Shown piece after piece: positions 25,401 to 38,037 of a DNA stretch of 64,000 bases. Each line of letters starts with the position of its first letter. Within the stretch, counting starts at the first letter, position 1. The notes below the pieces were generated by a model that ran no database searches, was not told where the DNA came from, and saw only the letters and a program-made list of their open reading frames with translations. Source of the DNA: Macrostomum lignano (Eukaryota); assembly GCA_002269645.1 (NCBI GenBank), contig NIVC01000640.1, positions 1-64,000 of the forward strand, given 5' to 3'. The position numbers were made by a program, and so were the translations under genes.

Positions 25401-28400
25401 GTTGACTTGTTTATTTCGTTCCGACGGGAAGCTCACCTCATCGAAGGCCGAGACCTGAAGGAACTGGTGGCAGCACTACCTACGCTACTGAGAGAGTTAA
25501 GAAGGCTTCCGAGTGAGAAGACGGAGAGCCCAAGTCACTGCGCTGTACAGCAGGACAACCACAGGTACAACACTGGTGGCAGCGGTAGGATTCAAAGACC
25601 TACCAGGCCACCCCGAGAAAACCCAAACTATTTTACTGGTGGCAGCGGTGGGATTCAAAGACCTACTAGGCCACCCCGAGAAAAACCACCATCTATTTCA
25701 CTATAAAAGCAGCTAACTATAGTAGGCATGAAGAGTATTTTATATAAGAACTATTTGCCCATCATCCTCTAAATAAGTAAATAAGACGGGCTTGGAGATC
25801 TTGGTGAAAAAAAATTATTCTGAATAACCATGAGACTAATCTGAATATCCATGAGACTAATCTGAATATCCATGAGACTAATCTGAATATCCATGAGACT
25901 AATCTGAATATCCATGAGAACAATCTGAAGATCCATAAGACTAATCTGAAGATCAGAATCTCTAAGTCACGAGGCAAATAATTGATAAAAACTCTAACCT
26001 TTCCCAGCGTTTCTGTCGCGCTTTGCCAAGCCGAAGGCGCCCGCGACCCGAAACGGCGCCATCTTCCAGCGCTGCCAGATCGGCTTCGCCGGCGCCGACT
26101 TTAGCGCCGCCCCCAACGTCGCCACCAACAGGAGGTAGCGACGACGCCGACGCTCCAGCCGAAGCGGCTGCCGTGGTTTCAACAGGACGAGATTCGCCTA
26201 TGTTACTATTGTTGGCCTGACGGAGGTATAGTGCTTGGTGTACTTTACGAGTATTAATGAATGCAAAATTTCGATCTGAATCACGTACTAGAGAGCTGCG
26301 ATTCTTAATTGGGGATAACAGAGAGCTGCGATTCTTAATTGGGGATAACAGAGAGCTGCGATTCTTAATTGGGGATAACAGAGAGCTGCGATTCTTAATT
26401 GGGGATAACAGAGAGCTGCGATTCTTAATTGGGGATAACAGAGAGCTGCGATTCTTAATTGGGGATAACAGAGAGCTGCGATTCTTAATTTGGAATAACA
26501 GAGAGCTGTGATTCTTAATTGGAGATAACAAAGAGCTGCGATTCTTAATTGGGGATAACAGAGAGCTGCGATTCTTAATTGGGGATAACAGAGAGCTGCG
26601 ATTCTTAATTTGGAATAACAGAGAGCTGTGATTCTTAATTGGAGATAACAAAGAGCTGCGATTCTTAATTGGGGATAACAGAGAGCTGCGATTCTTAATT
26701 GGGGATAACAGAGAGCTGTGATTCTTAATTGGGGATAACAGAGAGCTGTGATTCTTAATTGGGGATAACAGAGAGCTGTGATCCTTAATAGGGAATAACA
26801 GAGAGCTGTGATCCTTAATAGGGAATAACAGAGACCTGTGATCCTTAATAGGGAATAACAGAGACCTGTGATCCTTAATGGGGAATAACAGAGACCTGTG
26901 ATCCTTAATAGGGAATAACAGAGACCTGTGATCCTTAATAGGGAATAACAGAGACCTGTGATCCTTAATAGGGAATAACAGAGACCTGTGATCCTTAATG
27001 GGGAATAACAGAGACCTGTGATCCTTAATAGGGAATAACAGAGACCTGTGATCCTTAATAGGGAATAACCACAGACCATATAGAATATAGACTGCGAATC
27101 TCGGGGGCCTGCCCAGGCGCGTTGTGGGACAAAAAAGCAACAAAAAATGGTCCTTCCACAAAGCCCCAACTTCGATCGATATGTGGGACAAAAAATGGGC
27201 AAGTGCAAGTTTTCAAGCTTGAAATTTACTTATTATAAAGAGTTTAAAACCCCAGGGAGGCAAAATAAATGTAAATTAGAATTGAATTGAAATTGAATTT
27301 GATTTGAATTAGAATTTCCTTGCAAAAAACCAATTAAAGCATTCTTATTCATGCAGCCTCAGCCAGCTTCTATAGTGTATCAAAAAAGAGAAAAGCGCCA
27401 GAAAGTGTGGCAACTATTGCTGTGTTCAGGGAGCTGAACAAGAAGCACCAGCGACTAAGGGCGCGGTCAAAGTCACTGACAGAAATTGTGAAAGTGCTGT
27501 AGGCAAAGAATATTGTGGATGAAGCTGCAGCATCCCGTCTGCAGGTTCTGTCATCAAATTCATTGTTGAGCTGTCTAGTGCCAACTAAAAACAAGAGGAT
27601 AAAAAATTTCCTCCTGAAGTTCGGCAATTTGCTTCCACGTTGCACTATTACAGTCCTAAGGCATACAAATACGTGAGAAAGTTTTCCAGCTTCCGTGCAT
27701 CCATCTTCTCTACGGAAATGGATCTCAAGTGTGTACGATGCCTTCCAGGATTCTGCGTCCAAGCATTCCACGAACTATACGTATTCTGCTGAACACCGAA
27801 ACGATTATTCGCCGCTCCAGCTTTGATAGCTGCTTTTCAAGCTCAATCGCTGTTCAAGAGACTTTGAATTTGAATTTCACTTTGAATTTCAACCGCTATT
27901 CTCTGAATTAGATTCGCATTCAGCAGCTGTTAGCACAGGTATTGAGTCAAGAAAGTTATGAGCATTTTTACATCAGAATTCGCATGAAGAAAATTGCGAA
28001 AGACATGTCGCACTTATTAAGAAAGGCAGGAGACAGAAGCTGCTGCGCACAGCAATTTTTCTTAATCTGAAAGCTTGGACTTTGAAGGACATTTCGGGGT
28101 AATTTAATTTAATTTCATTACTTTTATGTATTTGGTTTTCGTGGCGTTTTATGTAAAAAATAAGAAAAAATGTTTCTCAATTGCATGTGTCCAATAGGAG
28201 CACAATGGAAAAGAGGCCCGCCCTGTACCACATATCGATCGAGCTGGGGTGGGTGAGAGGGACCAGTTTCTTATGGGGGAAAATGGCCCACGTTTTTCTT
28301 CACTTTACTGGTCTATATTCTATATGGTCTGTGGGAATAACAGAGAGCTGTGATTCTTAATTGGGAATAACAGAAAGCTACTCTATCAGGAGCTATTGTA

Positions 28401-31400
28401 CGCACTAGAGGGTGATTACAAAAAACCGAACAAAATACTCGTACTATCCGAGGGTAGCAAAGGTACAACAAACAAGCTAAAAACTGAGTTTAGTCTTTGA
28501 CAAACCTGTCTGGAGGCGGTAGCAGCTGAAGCACCTGTTGCAGCTTTATTATTAGCCTTTGGCGTTTCGCCGCTGTGCAGGAATTCGTTCATTCGACGTA
28601 GGACTCGCCGATGCGAGCGGCTCAGTCGGTAGCGACCGACATCGCAGCGAATTGTGTACTGCGGACAGCAGATCTCCCGCATTACGGGCTTGTAGCAGTA
28701 ATCGCCCGACCTGAGAACCAATTCATTGAGTTTCTTTATGCTTTTTATACTTAAAATTAATTGTGCATCTATTTTTCTATTGCAACCCTGATGGATCGGG
28801 GGTAGCGGCACGCCCTGAAGGAACGAAAGGTAGCGGCAATTGCTGAATTATCGGGGGTAGCGGCACTCCCTAAAGGATCGGGAGTAGCGGCACTCCCTGA
28901 AGGATCGGGGGTAGCGGCACTCCCTGAAGGATCGGGGGTAGCGGCACTCCTTGAAGAATCGGGGGTAGTGGCACTTCCTGAAGGATTGGGGGTAGTGGCA
29001 CTCCCTGAAGGATCGGGGGTAGCGGCACTCCCTGAAGGATCGGGGGTAGCGGCACTCCCTGAAGGATCGGGGGTAGTGGCACTTCCTGAAGGATCGGGGG
29101 TAGCGGCACTTCTTGAAGGATCGGGGGTAGTGGCACTCCCTGAAGGATCGAAAGGTAGCGGCACTCCCTGAAGGATTGAGGGTAGTGGCCCTCCTGAAGG
29201 ATCGGGGGTAGTGGCATTCCCTGAAGGATCAAGGGTAGTGGCACTCCCTGAAGGATCGAAAGGTAGCGGCACTCCCTGAAGGATTGAGGGTAGTGGCACT
29301 CCCTGAAGGATCGAAAGGTAGCGGCAATTGCTGAATTATCGGGGGTAGCGGCACTCCCTGAAGGATCGGGGGTAGCGGCACTCCCTGAAGGATCTGGGGT
29401 AGCGGCACTCCCTGAAGGATCGGGGGTAGCGGCACTCCCTGAAGGATCGGGGGTAGCGGCACTCCCTGAAGGATTAGGGGTAGCGGCACTTCTTGAAGGA
29501 TCTGGGGTAGCGGCACTCCCTGAAGGATTGGGGGTAGCGGCACTCCCTGAAGGATTGGGGATAGCGGCACTTCTTGAAGGATCGGGGGTAGTGGCACTTC
29601 CTGAAGGAACGGGGGTAGTGGCACTCCCTGAAGGGATCGGGGGTAGTGGCACTCCCTGAAGGATTGGGGGTAGCGGCACTCCCTGAAGGATTGGGGGTAG
29701 CGGCACTCCCTGAAGGATTGGGGGTAGCGGCACTCCCTGAAGGATCGGGGGTAGCGGCACTCCCTGAAGGATCGGGGGTAGCGGCACTTCTTGAAGGATC
29801 GGGGGTAGCGGCACTTCCTGGAGTATCGAAGGTAGTGGCACTCCCTGAAGGATCGGGGGTAGTGGCACTCCCTGAAGGGATCGGGGGTAGTGGCACTCCC
29901 TGAAGGATCAAAAGGTAGCGGCACTTCTTGAAGGATCGGGGGTAGTGGCACTCCCTGAAGGATCGGGGGTAGTGGCACTCCCTGAAGGATCGAAAGGTAG
30001 CGGCACTCCTTGAAGGATTGAGGGTAGTGGCACTCCCTGAAGGATCGGGGGTAGTGGCACTTCCTGAAGGATCAGGGGTAGCGGCAATTGCTGAATTATC
30101 GGGGGTAGCGGCACTCCCTGAAGGATCGGGGGTAGCGGCACTCCCTGAAGGATCGGGGGTAGCGGCACTCCCTGAAGGATTGGGGGTAGTGGCAATTGCT
30201 GAATTATCGGGGTAGCGGCACTCCCTGAAGGATCGGGGGTAGCGGCACTCCCTGAAGGATCAAAAGGTAGCGGCACTTCTTGAAGGATCGGGGGTAGTGG
30301 CACTCCCTGAAGGATCAAAAGGTAGCGGCACTTCTTGAAGGATCGGGGGTAGTGGCACTCCCTGAAGGGATCGGGGGTAGCGGCACTCCCTGAAGGATCG
30401 GGGGTAGTGGCACTCCCTGAAGGATCAAAAGGTAGCGGCACTTCTTGAAGGATCGGGGGTAGTGGCACTCCCTGAAGGATCGGGGGTAGTGGCACTCCCT
30501 GAAGGATCGAAAGGTAGCGGCACTCCTTGAAGGATTGAGGGTAGTGGCACTCCCTGAAGGATCGAAAGGTAGCGGCACTTCCTGAAGGATCAGGGGTAGC
30601 GGCACCACCTGAAGGATCGGGGGTAGCGGCACTTCCTGAAGGATCGGGAGTAGCGGCACTCCCTGAAGGATCGGGAGTAGCGGCACTCCCTGAAGGATCG
30701 GGAGTAGCGGCACTCCCTGAAGGATCGGGGGTAGCGGCACTCCCTGAAGGATCGGGAGTAGCGGCACTCCCTGAAGGATCGGGGGTAGCGGCACTCCCTG
30801 AAGGATCGGGAGTAGCGGCACTCCTTGAAGGATCGGGGGTAGCGGCACTCGCTGAAGGATCGGGGGTAGCGGCACTCCTTGAAGGATCGGGAGTAGTGGC
30901 ACTCCCTGAAGGATCGGGGGTAGTGGCACTCCCTGAAGGATCGGGGGTAGTGGCACTCGCTGAAGGATCGGGGGTAGCGGCACTCCCTGAAGGGATCGGG
31001 GGTAGTGGCACTCCCTGAAGGGTTGGGGGTAGCGGCACTCCCTGAAGGATTGGGGGTAGCGGCACTCCCTGAAGGATTGGGGGTAGCGGCACTCCCTGAA
31101 GGATCGGGGGTAGCGGCACTTCCTGAAGGATTGGGGGTAGTGGCACTTCTTGAAGGATCGGGGGTAGCGGCACTTCCTGGAGGATCGAAGGTAGTGGCAC
31201 TCCCTGAAGGATCGGGGGTAGTGGCACTTCTTGAAGGATCGGGGGTAGTGGCACTTCCTGAAGGATCGGGAGTAGCGGCACTCCCTGAAGGATCGGGGGT
31301 AGCGGCACTCCCTGAATTATCGGGGTAGCGGCACTCCCTGAAGGATCGGGGGTAGCGGCACTCCCTGAAGGATCGGGGGTAGCGGCACTCCCCGAAGGAT

Positions 31401-32953
31401 TGGGGGTAGTGGCAATTGCTGAATTATCGGCGTAGCGGCACTCCCTGAAGGATCGGGGGTAGCGGCACTCCCTGAAGGATCAAAAGGTAGCGGCACTTCT
31501 TGAAGGATCGGGGGTAGTGGCACTCCCTGAAGGATCAAAAGGTAGCGGCACTTCTTGAAGGATCGGGGGTAGTGGCACTCCCTGAAGGGATCGGGGGTAG
31601 CGGCACTCCCTGAAGGGATCGGGGGTAGTCGCACTCCCTGAAGGATCAAAAGGTAGCGGCACTTCTTGAAGGATCGGGGGTAGTGGCACTCCCTGAAGGA
31701 TAGGGGTAGTGTCACTCCCTGAAGGATCGAAAGGTAGCGGCACTCCTTGAAGGATTGAGGGTAGTGGCACTCCCTGAAGGATCGGGGGTAGTGGCACTTC
31801 CTGAAGGATCAGGGGTAGCGGCAATTGCTGAATTATCGGGGGTAGCGGCACTCCCTGAAGGATCGGGGGTAGCGGCACTCCCTGAAGGATCGGGAGTAGC
31901 GGCACCACCTGAAGGATCGGGGGTAGCGGCACCACCTGAAGGATCGGGGGTAGCGGCACTTCCTGAAGGATCGGGATTAGCGGCACTCCCTGAAGGATCG
32001 GGAGTAGCGGCACTCCCTGAAGGATCGGGGGTAGCGGCACTCCCTGAAGGATCGGGAGTAGCGGCACTCCCTGAAGGATCGGGGGTAGCGGCACTCGCTG
32101 AAGGATCGGGGGTAGCGGCACTCCTTGAAGGATCGGGAGTAGTGGCACTCCCTGAAGGATCGGGGGTAGTGGCACTCCCTGAAGGATCGGGGGTAGTGGC
32201 ACTCGCTGAAGGATCGGGGGTAGCGGCACTCGCTGAAGGATCGGGGGTAGCGGCACTCCCTGAAGGATCGGGGGTAGCGGCACTCGCTGAAGGATCGGGG
32301 GTAGCGGCACTCCTTGAAGGATCGGGGGTAGTGGCACTCCCTGAAGGATCGGAGGTAGTGGCACTCCCTGAAGGATCGGGGGTAGTGGCACTCCCTGAAG
32401 GATCGGGGGTAGTGGCACTCCCTGAAGGATCGGGGGTAGTGGCACTCCCTGAAGGATCGGGGGTAGTGGCACTCCCTGAAGGATCGGGGGTAGTGGCACT
32501 CCTTGAAGGATCGGGAGTAGCAGCACCACCTGAAGGATCGGGGGTAGTGGCACTCCCTGAAGGATCGGGGGTAGTGGCACTCCCTGAAGGATCGGGGGTA
32601 GCGGCACTCGCTGAAGGATCGGGGGTAGCAGCACCCCCTTAAGGATTTGGGCTAGTGACTAGCAGCAACCCACAGTATACAATGTGTCCTTACCGCCTCC
32701 ATCCTCGAAACATAAGACTCTGGTAGTCCTCAGTAGTGAGTGTGGAAAAAGAGGCGCCTAAAATTCGAGGAAGATTTTTCTATTTGCTTTCTATTATCGT
32801 AACAGAATAAAAATATCATTAGCATCAGAGTAGCACACTTGAAATATGAGCAAAATTACCATGTGTGCAGCGCGACTTCTGTTTTTTGCCTTCACAATAA
32901 CCACAGTGGTAGGACTCTTGCTCCCCATGATAGGTGCATTCACTATAGCTCAT
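22420..32953 (-). CDS. ATE1: Arginyl-tRNA--protein transferase 1; exons 32953-32860, 32757-32694, 28710-28506, 26216-25999, 24534-23827, 22645-22420 (1515 nt, 504 aa)
   Basis: All five introns GT-AG with matching phases. Motifs CGYC, DYQSLMFRGWRRSGDYCYKP, CCPQYTIR, PKSLDQ, GSFHQQYWL, VGVVDILP, SVYVFYDPDY, LGTYAALREI, MGYYIHDCVKMRYK, LLCPETYTW and C-terminal EFARLVGPECARR. Confidence 0.95.
22680..23375. repeat. Minisatellite, 31-bp unit CTCAAGGCCGAAGGTTGCCCTAATAAATCAT (ATE1 intron 5)
   Basis: Tandem unit read directly. Confidence 0.96.
24606..25308 (+). mobile_element. Probable LTR (~700 bp) in ATE1 intron 4
   Basis: Inverted termini TGTTAG...CTAACA, TATA-like CTATAAATA at ~25133, duplicated ~70-bp block with TGACGTCA upstream. 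No TSD or canonical PBS found. Confidence 0.45.
25812..25955. repeat. Short minisatellite, 21-bp unit CCATGAGACTAATCTGAATAT
   Basis: About six tandem units. Confidence 0.9.
26291..27069. repeat. Minisatellite, 30-bp unit GAGAGCTGCGATTCTTAATTGGGGATAACA (ATE1 intron 3; resumes at 28342-28375)
   Basis: Tandem unit with two subtypes, left and right; interrupted by the P-family element. Confidence 0.96.
27070..28333 (+). mobile_element. Internally deleted P-element/THAP9-family DNA transposon, 1264 bp
   Basis: Perfect 23-bp TIRs CACAGACCATATAGAATATAGAC (27070-27092, 28311-28333); 8-bp TSD GGAATAAC (27062-27069, 28334-28341); transposase remnant from 27601 KKFPPEVRQFASTLHYYSPKAYKYVRKF, then frameshifted PSSLRKWISSV and CLPGF. 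Confidence 0.92.
28790..32645. repeat. Minisatellite, 27-bp unit TCCCTGAAGGATCGGGGGTAGCGGCAC, ~3.85 kb (ATE1 intron 2)
   Basis: Tandem unit read directly; source of the ALPEGSGVA and PPILQGVPL ORFs. Confidence 0.98.
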
Positions 32954-35689
32954 GCTGTACTATTTAATTAATTAACTGAAATTGTAGAGATATGGAATAT
33001 ATGCTTAAAGTAAATAAGCTAGGAAAAAGCAAAATAGTTCCAATCTTAATAATTACATAATGGGATTGGGAGTGATTAGAATAAATAAATAGTCTCTCCC
33101 TAAGGCCACTTCTAAGTCAATTCAATTAACTATACCAGAGTCAAGTAACAACAAGCAATATGACACTAGCAATGTATCTTTAGCACCTAGCAGTGAATGG
33201 GTGACCAATTCTTAGATAGACTTATATAGGAATACACCAATTGTCATGCCCAGGTTTCAATTAGAAAAAGCTCCTTTTTTAAGCCAGCTACCTCATATTA
33301 CACTAGTTGCTAGATATCTTATTTAGTGGTAGGCTATAGAAATGAAGCAGGGTGAATGCCAACTGGCAAAACTTATGTGTCTAATATATATATATGTCTA
33401 GTACCTCATTGATCATCTAGTGGAATTTGGCAGTCTTAGCAGAGAAGTAGATATAGATAAGTCCTATTTCTTTAATCAAAAGTACCACCAATATATACTT
33501 TAGCCTAGTTAGTGGGTACTTGATATGGCTTAGCATAATGCTAATAAGTGTGTCATGATTCTGTTGTTGATTGCATAGTTTTAATGCTACTACTATTGAT
33601 TTATTGCCATGTTTTTCCTGTCATATATATAATCATTAATGGATAACAAGTATATATATACAGCTTTATAATTACGATATTGTTAGCCATTGCTTTGTCT
33701 TATTCAATTTGCAAGATCTAACTGTATAGGCCTATACAAATCTCATCAAAGGGACATAGGTATACTATAAGGCAAAGTTCTAAGCTATGCATGATATAAG
33801 TCAAGCCATATTTAAGTTGCATCTCAAAGAGTTTATATAGCATTAAATGTACCCTTAATATGTTTTTGGCAATATGCTCTCTTGGATTGCATATTATTAT
33901 CCTTTTCAATTGACTTGAGATAAGCTAAATTACATAAGTTAAACTAAACTATAAAATTAAAACTCTAATAAGTTATTCATTTCAAATTCTATCATTGACC
34001 TTTTGAGGACCATAGAAAATTGTTGTTCTAAGACTAAGTTTTTTTTAGCATTAGAAAGGCCCTGGAACAATATTTTATTGTTTTCCATTGTTTTATATTG
34101 CAACTATTTCATTAAAAAAAATCTTTATAAATGAAAGGCAAAAATTAAAATTGCCCAAAATATGCGGCATTGCCATAGGCCTAAACCTAGTCAAATAATT
34201 TTAATTAAAAAAATGATTTTTGAAAATCTTTGTAAATATACAGAATATAATAGCCTATAGTATAGTATAAGTTTTATCTACTGTTATATAATCAAATCCA
34301 AAGTTTTAAAAACATTTGAAAAATATTTATAAAATATTTCAATAATATAATACCACTATCAGAATCAGTCACTAGTAGATATGACATAATGAAGACAGGG
34401 CTAGCTGTATCCATCTATTTTTACTATTTTTTATTTAATGAACACTTAGGCCCTATTAGTTACCACTAGTACATTAGACTACCTATAGTCACTATTTACT
34501 TTTAATTAATAGTGGAAGAAAGCAAAAAAGCAATTTTTAAGAAGTTTATTGAGCTAGAGATATGAATAGAAAATTAAAAAATACACTATCAATAACAAAA
34601 AATGTATGCAAACTTTAAAGCAAAAAATTGGCTATGACTCTCTCTCTATATGTAATCTTCTATGTATCAATAATAAATATGCTATGGATTTTTTCAATTT
34701 TCTTTTTATATTGATTTCCAGGAATGAGCACGAAAACTCAAAACGTTCAAAATTGTCACGTCGTACATTGCATTGAAAATTAAGATCTGTTTATATGTAA
34801 ATGGACATTTTCGATGCTAGAGAGGTTTCGAAACACATACACAACAAGGTTTTTATTAATAATGATTTCGCTAAGGTTTCCCGCGTTTACCCTGTTTGCC
34901 GGCTGTTTTATCGTTAGTTGTTGTTATGAAATTAAATTTTACTCATTCATCGGTATTGTGGTTGCAGCAGTATTCCTACAATATATTTTGCAGATTTTGT
35001 AGCTGCTGTGAAAATAATGAAAGTTTGAAAAAGGACTCTATACAATAAGCTTTCTAACTGCCAGCAACAAGAACAACAGCAACAGCCCGTGGTCACAGTA
35101 GCAGCCTCTTAGCGGCGACTCGGACTCATGCATATTCCTCTGGATGGGAGACGAATGCTACCCGTACTGGCCCCCACGACGGCCTCGTATCTCGGACCCG
35201 GCCCGTCGGTGAGGGTCGTGGAGTGCTTCTTCTCAAACTCAGCCAGCCTACCATTGTCGACACCTGCAGCTAATTGCGCCTTGGCCGCTCCGTGGACATC
35301 GAGAGAAACCCCAGCCCTGACTTCCGTCGTCACCTCTGCCCGCTGCGGACCGCTGCTCACGAGCAATGCGCTCCAGGGCCCCTGGTCTGGCTTGCGCCGC
35401 CCTTTACTGCAGCAGAACCTGCCACCGTCAACCCTCCTGCAGCAGCATCCGCCGCGCCCAGACGCCTGCAGGTGCGACTGTACTGCGCTGAGGAGTTCGG
35501 AACTATCAACCACTGGCTCTACGACTGCCCGGCCCTCTACACCAGACGGACGCAGATTTTTAGCACTAAGCGGCCTCCACTGTCGGTGCTGGGCTCGCAC
35601 CCGGCTAGTGTGTTCGCACTGGCTGCACACACACATACACACACAGTAAACAGCAATAATATGATATCCGTCCCGGATAGCTACCCGAC

Positions 35690-36906
35690 ACCGACCCCGG
35701 AGGAAGCGTTCTAGACAGTGGCAGGATGCTTTCGGTACAGTATCATCGATCCAGAGAAAGCGTACAACCAAGTAGAGCTGGACGCATCTAAACCGCAAAC
35801 CTGTCGATGTCGACACCGTTTGGAAATTTTAGGTACAATAAACTTGTGTTTGGAATAAAAACGGCTCCGAGTATTTTCCAACGGTATACATCGCAAGTGA
35901 TCCAAGGCATTCCCGGAACAATAGCGTACATGGATGATATATTAATTGGTGGAAGCGATGAGTCAGAGTTGAAAGGACGCGAAGAACAAGTACTTCACCG
36001 TCTAGCATCGGAAGGGCTAAAGGTAAATGATCAGAAATGCCAACGGAATTTATCTCGAGTCCGGTTTTTGGGTCATATTCTGGACAGCGGCGCATTTATC
36101 TTGATGGAGAGAAAGTGCGGGCTATCAAAGAAATGGAAGCTCCGAAGAATCTTTCCGAGTTAGAATCCTTCCTTGGACTGATTACGTTCTGCTCGCGATT
36201 CATGCCAAACCTTTCTGGAATATCGGCTCCGTTGGTGCACCTGAAGCGCAACGGTGTGGAGTTTCGTTGGGGCGCAAAAGAACAAGGTGCGTTCAGAAAC
36301 ATCCAGAAATCACTTTCAGAAGACGCTGCTTTGTATGCGTACGACCCAAAGCTACCGGTTGAGCTCGAAGTAGACGCTTCGCAGATTGCCCTTGGTGGTG
36401 TCCTGAGTCAGCAAGGACGTCCTGTCTTGTAAATTAGCAAACTTTTGTCAACATCGGAGCGAAATTATTCGCAAATAGAGCGAGAAGCGCTTGCGATAAT
36501 ATGGGGTGTTAGAAGATGTCATTGTTTTCTCTGTGGCAGAAAATTTAAGCTAATAACCGACCATCGACCTCTCGTTTACATCTTAGCCTGTGACAAAGAG
36601 CTACCATCGAGAGTGTCTGCAAGGCTGCAGAGATGGGCGATATTTTTCACGGCGTACGATTACGAGATCGAGTATCGTAAATCTAAAGCTATGGCATCTG
36701 ACGCGCTCTCAAGATTGGTTCCGCAAGGAAGAAGCGGTGAAACGCTAGAGATTGGTAACATTCACACGGTATCAACTACAGAGTCTCTGGAAGAAATCAG
36801 GTTGGCAACGAAGCGGTGTAACGAAATGCGCATGCTGAAGAGCGCTATAACGACGGGAAGCTTCAAACACCCTATAGGCGCTTTTGTTGGCTTGAGCCGC
36901 TCCTAA
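35690..36906 (+). mobile_element. Decayed Gypsy/Ty3 pol fragment (RT and RNase H)
   Basis: TPFGNFRYNKLVFG, AYMDDILIGG, FLGHIL, LESFLGLITFCSRFMPNLS, VDASQIALGGVL, ERNYSQIEREALAIIWGV, TDHRPL; frameshifts and in-frame stops; no LTRs adjacent. Confidence 0.93.
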
Positions 36907-38037
36907 CTAAAATGTGTAATCGATTGAACTAGCAATCTTCAGCCCCCATCCTGTGGGGAGGCAACGCGAAAGGAATAAAACTTTTAAAATTAAATACATG
37001 TACAGTAGCATTCGACCTTGTACAGTCACTTATGCTTGTTTCCTGAGGAAAAATATGGTTAAAGCAAAGAAGCATCAGCAGTTTTGGAAGCAGGGCTACG
37101 AAGTCAAGTGGCTGGCTAATTGAAAGTTTAAATCAGTTTCTACGGGTACATCCGCGTAGAGCTTGCAGTTCAACTTTTGTATATAGATGTAGTGCCGATA
37201 TTCTACAAGTAAATCCCTGCGCATCTAGCTAGCTTTATGTATCGCTAAATAATTTAAATTTATTACCTGGTTGCCTGTACGCATGACCGTTCCATTTATT
37301 GCCTATCACGGGTGGGCAGATAATAGATGGACAAATTGGTATCGATGGCGCTTTACGACCCCCCGCCTGCGTGGGAAGTGATATACACGTAGTGCGGTAG
37401 AAAGAGAGAGAAAGAGCTAGAGAGGGATAATTGCTCAAAGCCAAAAATTGCGGATTTAAAAAAAAAAGCCGCTACAGTTAGCCTTATCTGGCGCTAGTAA
37501 TGCACACAACTGCAGTGCTTTTCTAAAGATCCTTTCTCTTAGCTAGTAAACTCTATTCCAGCTGCAGCTATACCAAACAGCTCAGAGGACCGGCAGCCTG
37601 ACTTGATGGTGGACGCAGCGGGGGAGGGCAGGCTGGATCGTTGAATTATTCAACTTTACCGAGCGCTGCTGCTGGCCGCAACGGATATAGCAGTCGGGCA
37701 TGCTGGAGGAGTCAGAGCGTAGCTAGGGTGGACGGCTCCTTCGTTGGGAAGGATGAATCTGCACCTGATCGGGTTACCAAGGGAAACTATGACTCCAGAG
37801 AGGCTACTCAGCACTGCTCAACACAGTGGTTGGCTGGCTAGTTGGCCTGTGAGGGGAGGCAGCGAACTCTTCTCCAGTTTATTAGAGAATTCACCGGCGC
37901 ATTGAGGCAAAAATTTTCTCCACCGCCACTTTGCCGGACGCAAACAGATTTGTTTGTTCGCGCCAATCGCCGTTTGTCTTTTCCGGTGAAAATTTTCTGA
38001 ATAAAGAAACAAGCGCATCGACGAATCAGTCAGCGAC

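Noticed and set aside
28769-32642. Repetitive ORFs (ALPEGSGVA, PPILQGVPL) resembling structural or antifreeze proteins
   Set aside because: A 27-bp unit is a multiple of 3, frames break often, and the array lies in ATE1 intron 2.
35109-35816. Long GC-rich ORFs on both strands before the Gypsy fragment
   Set aside because: No recognisable motif; overlapping ORFs are expected in GC-rich TE debris.
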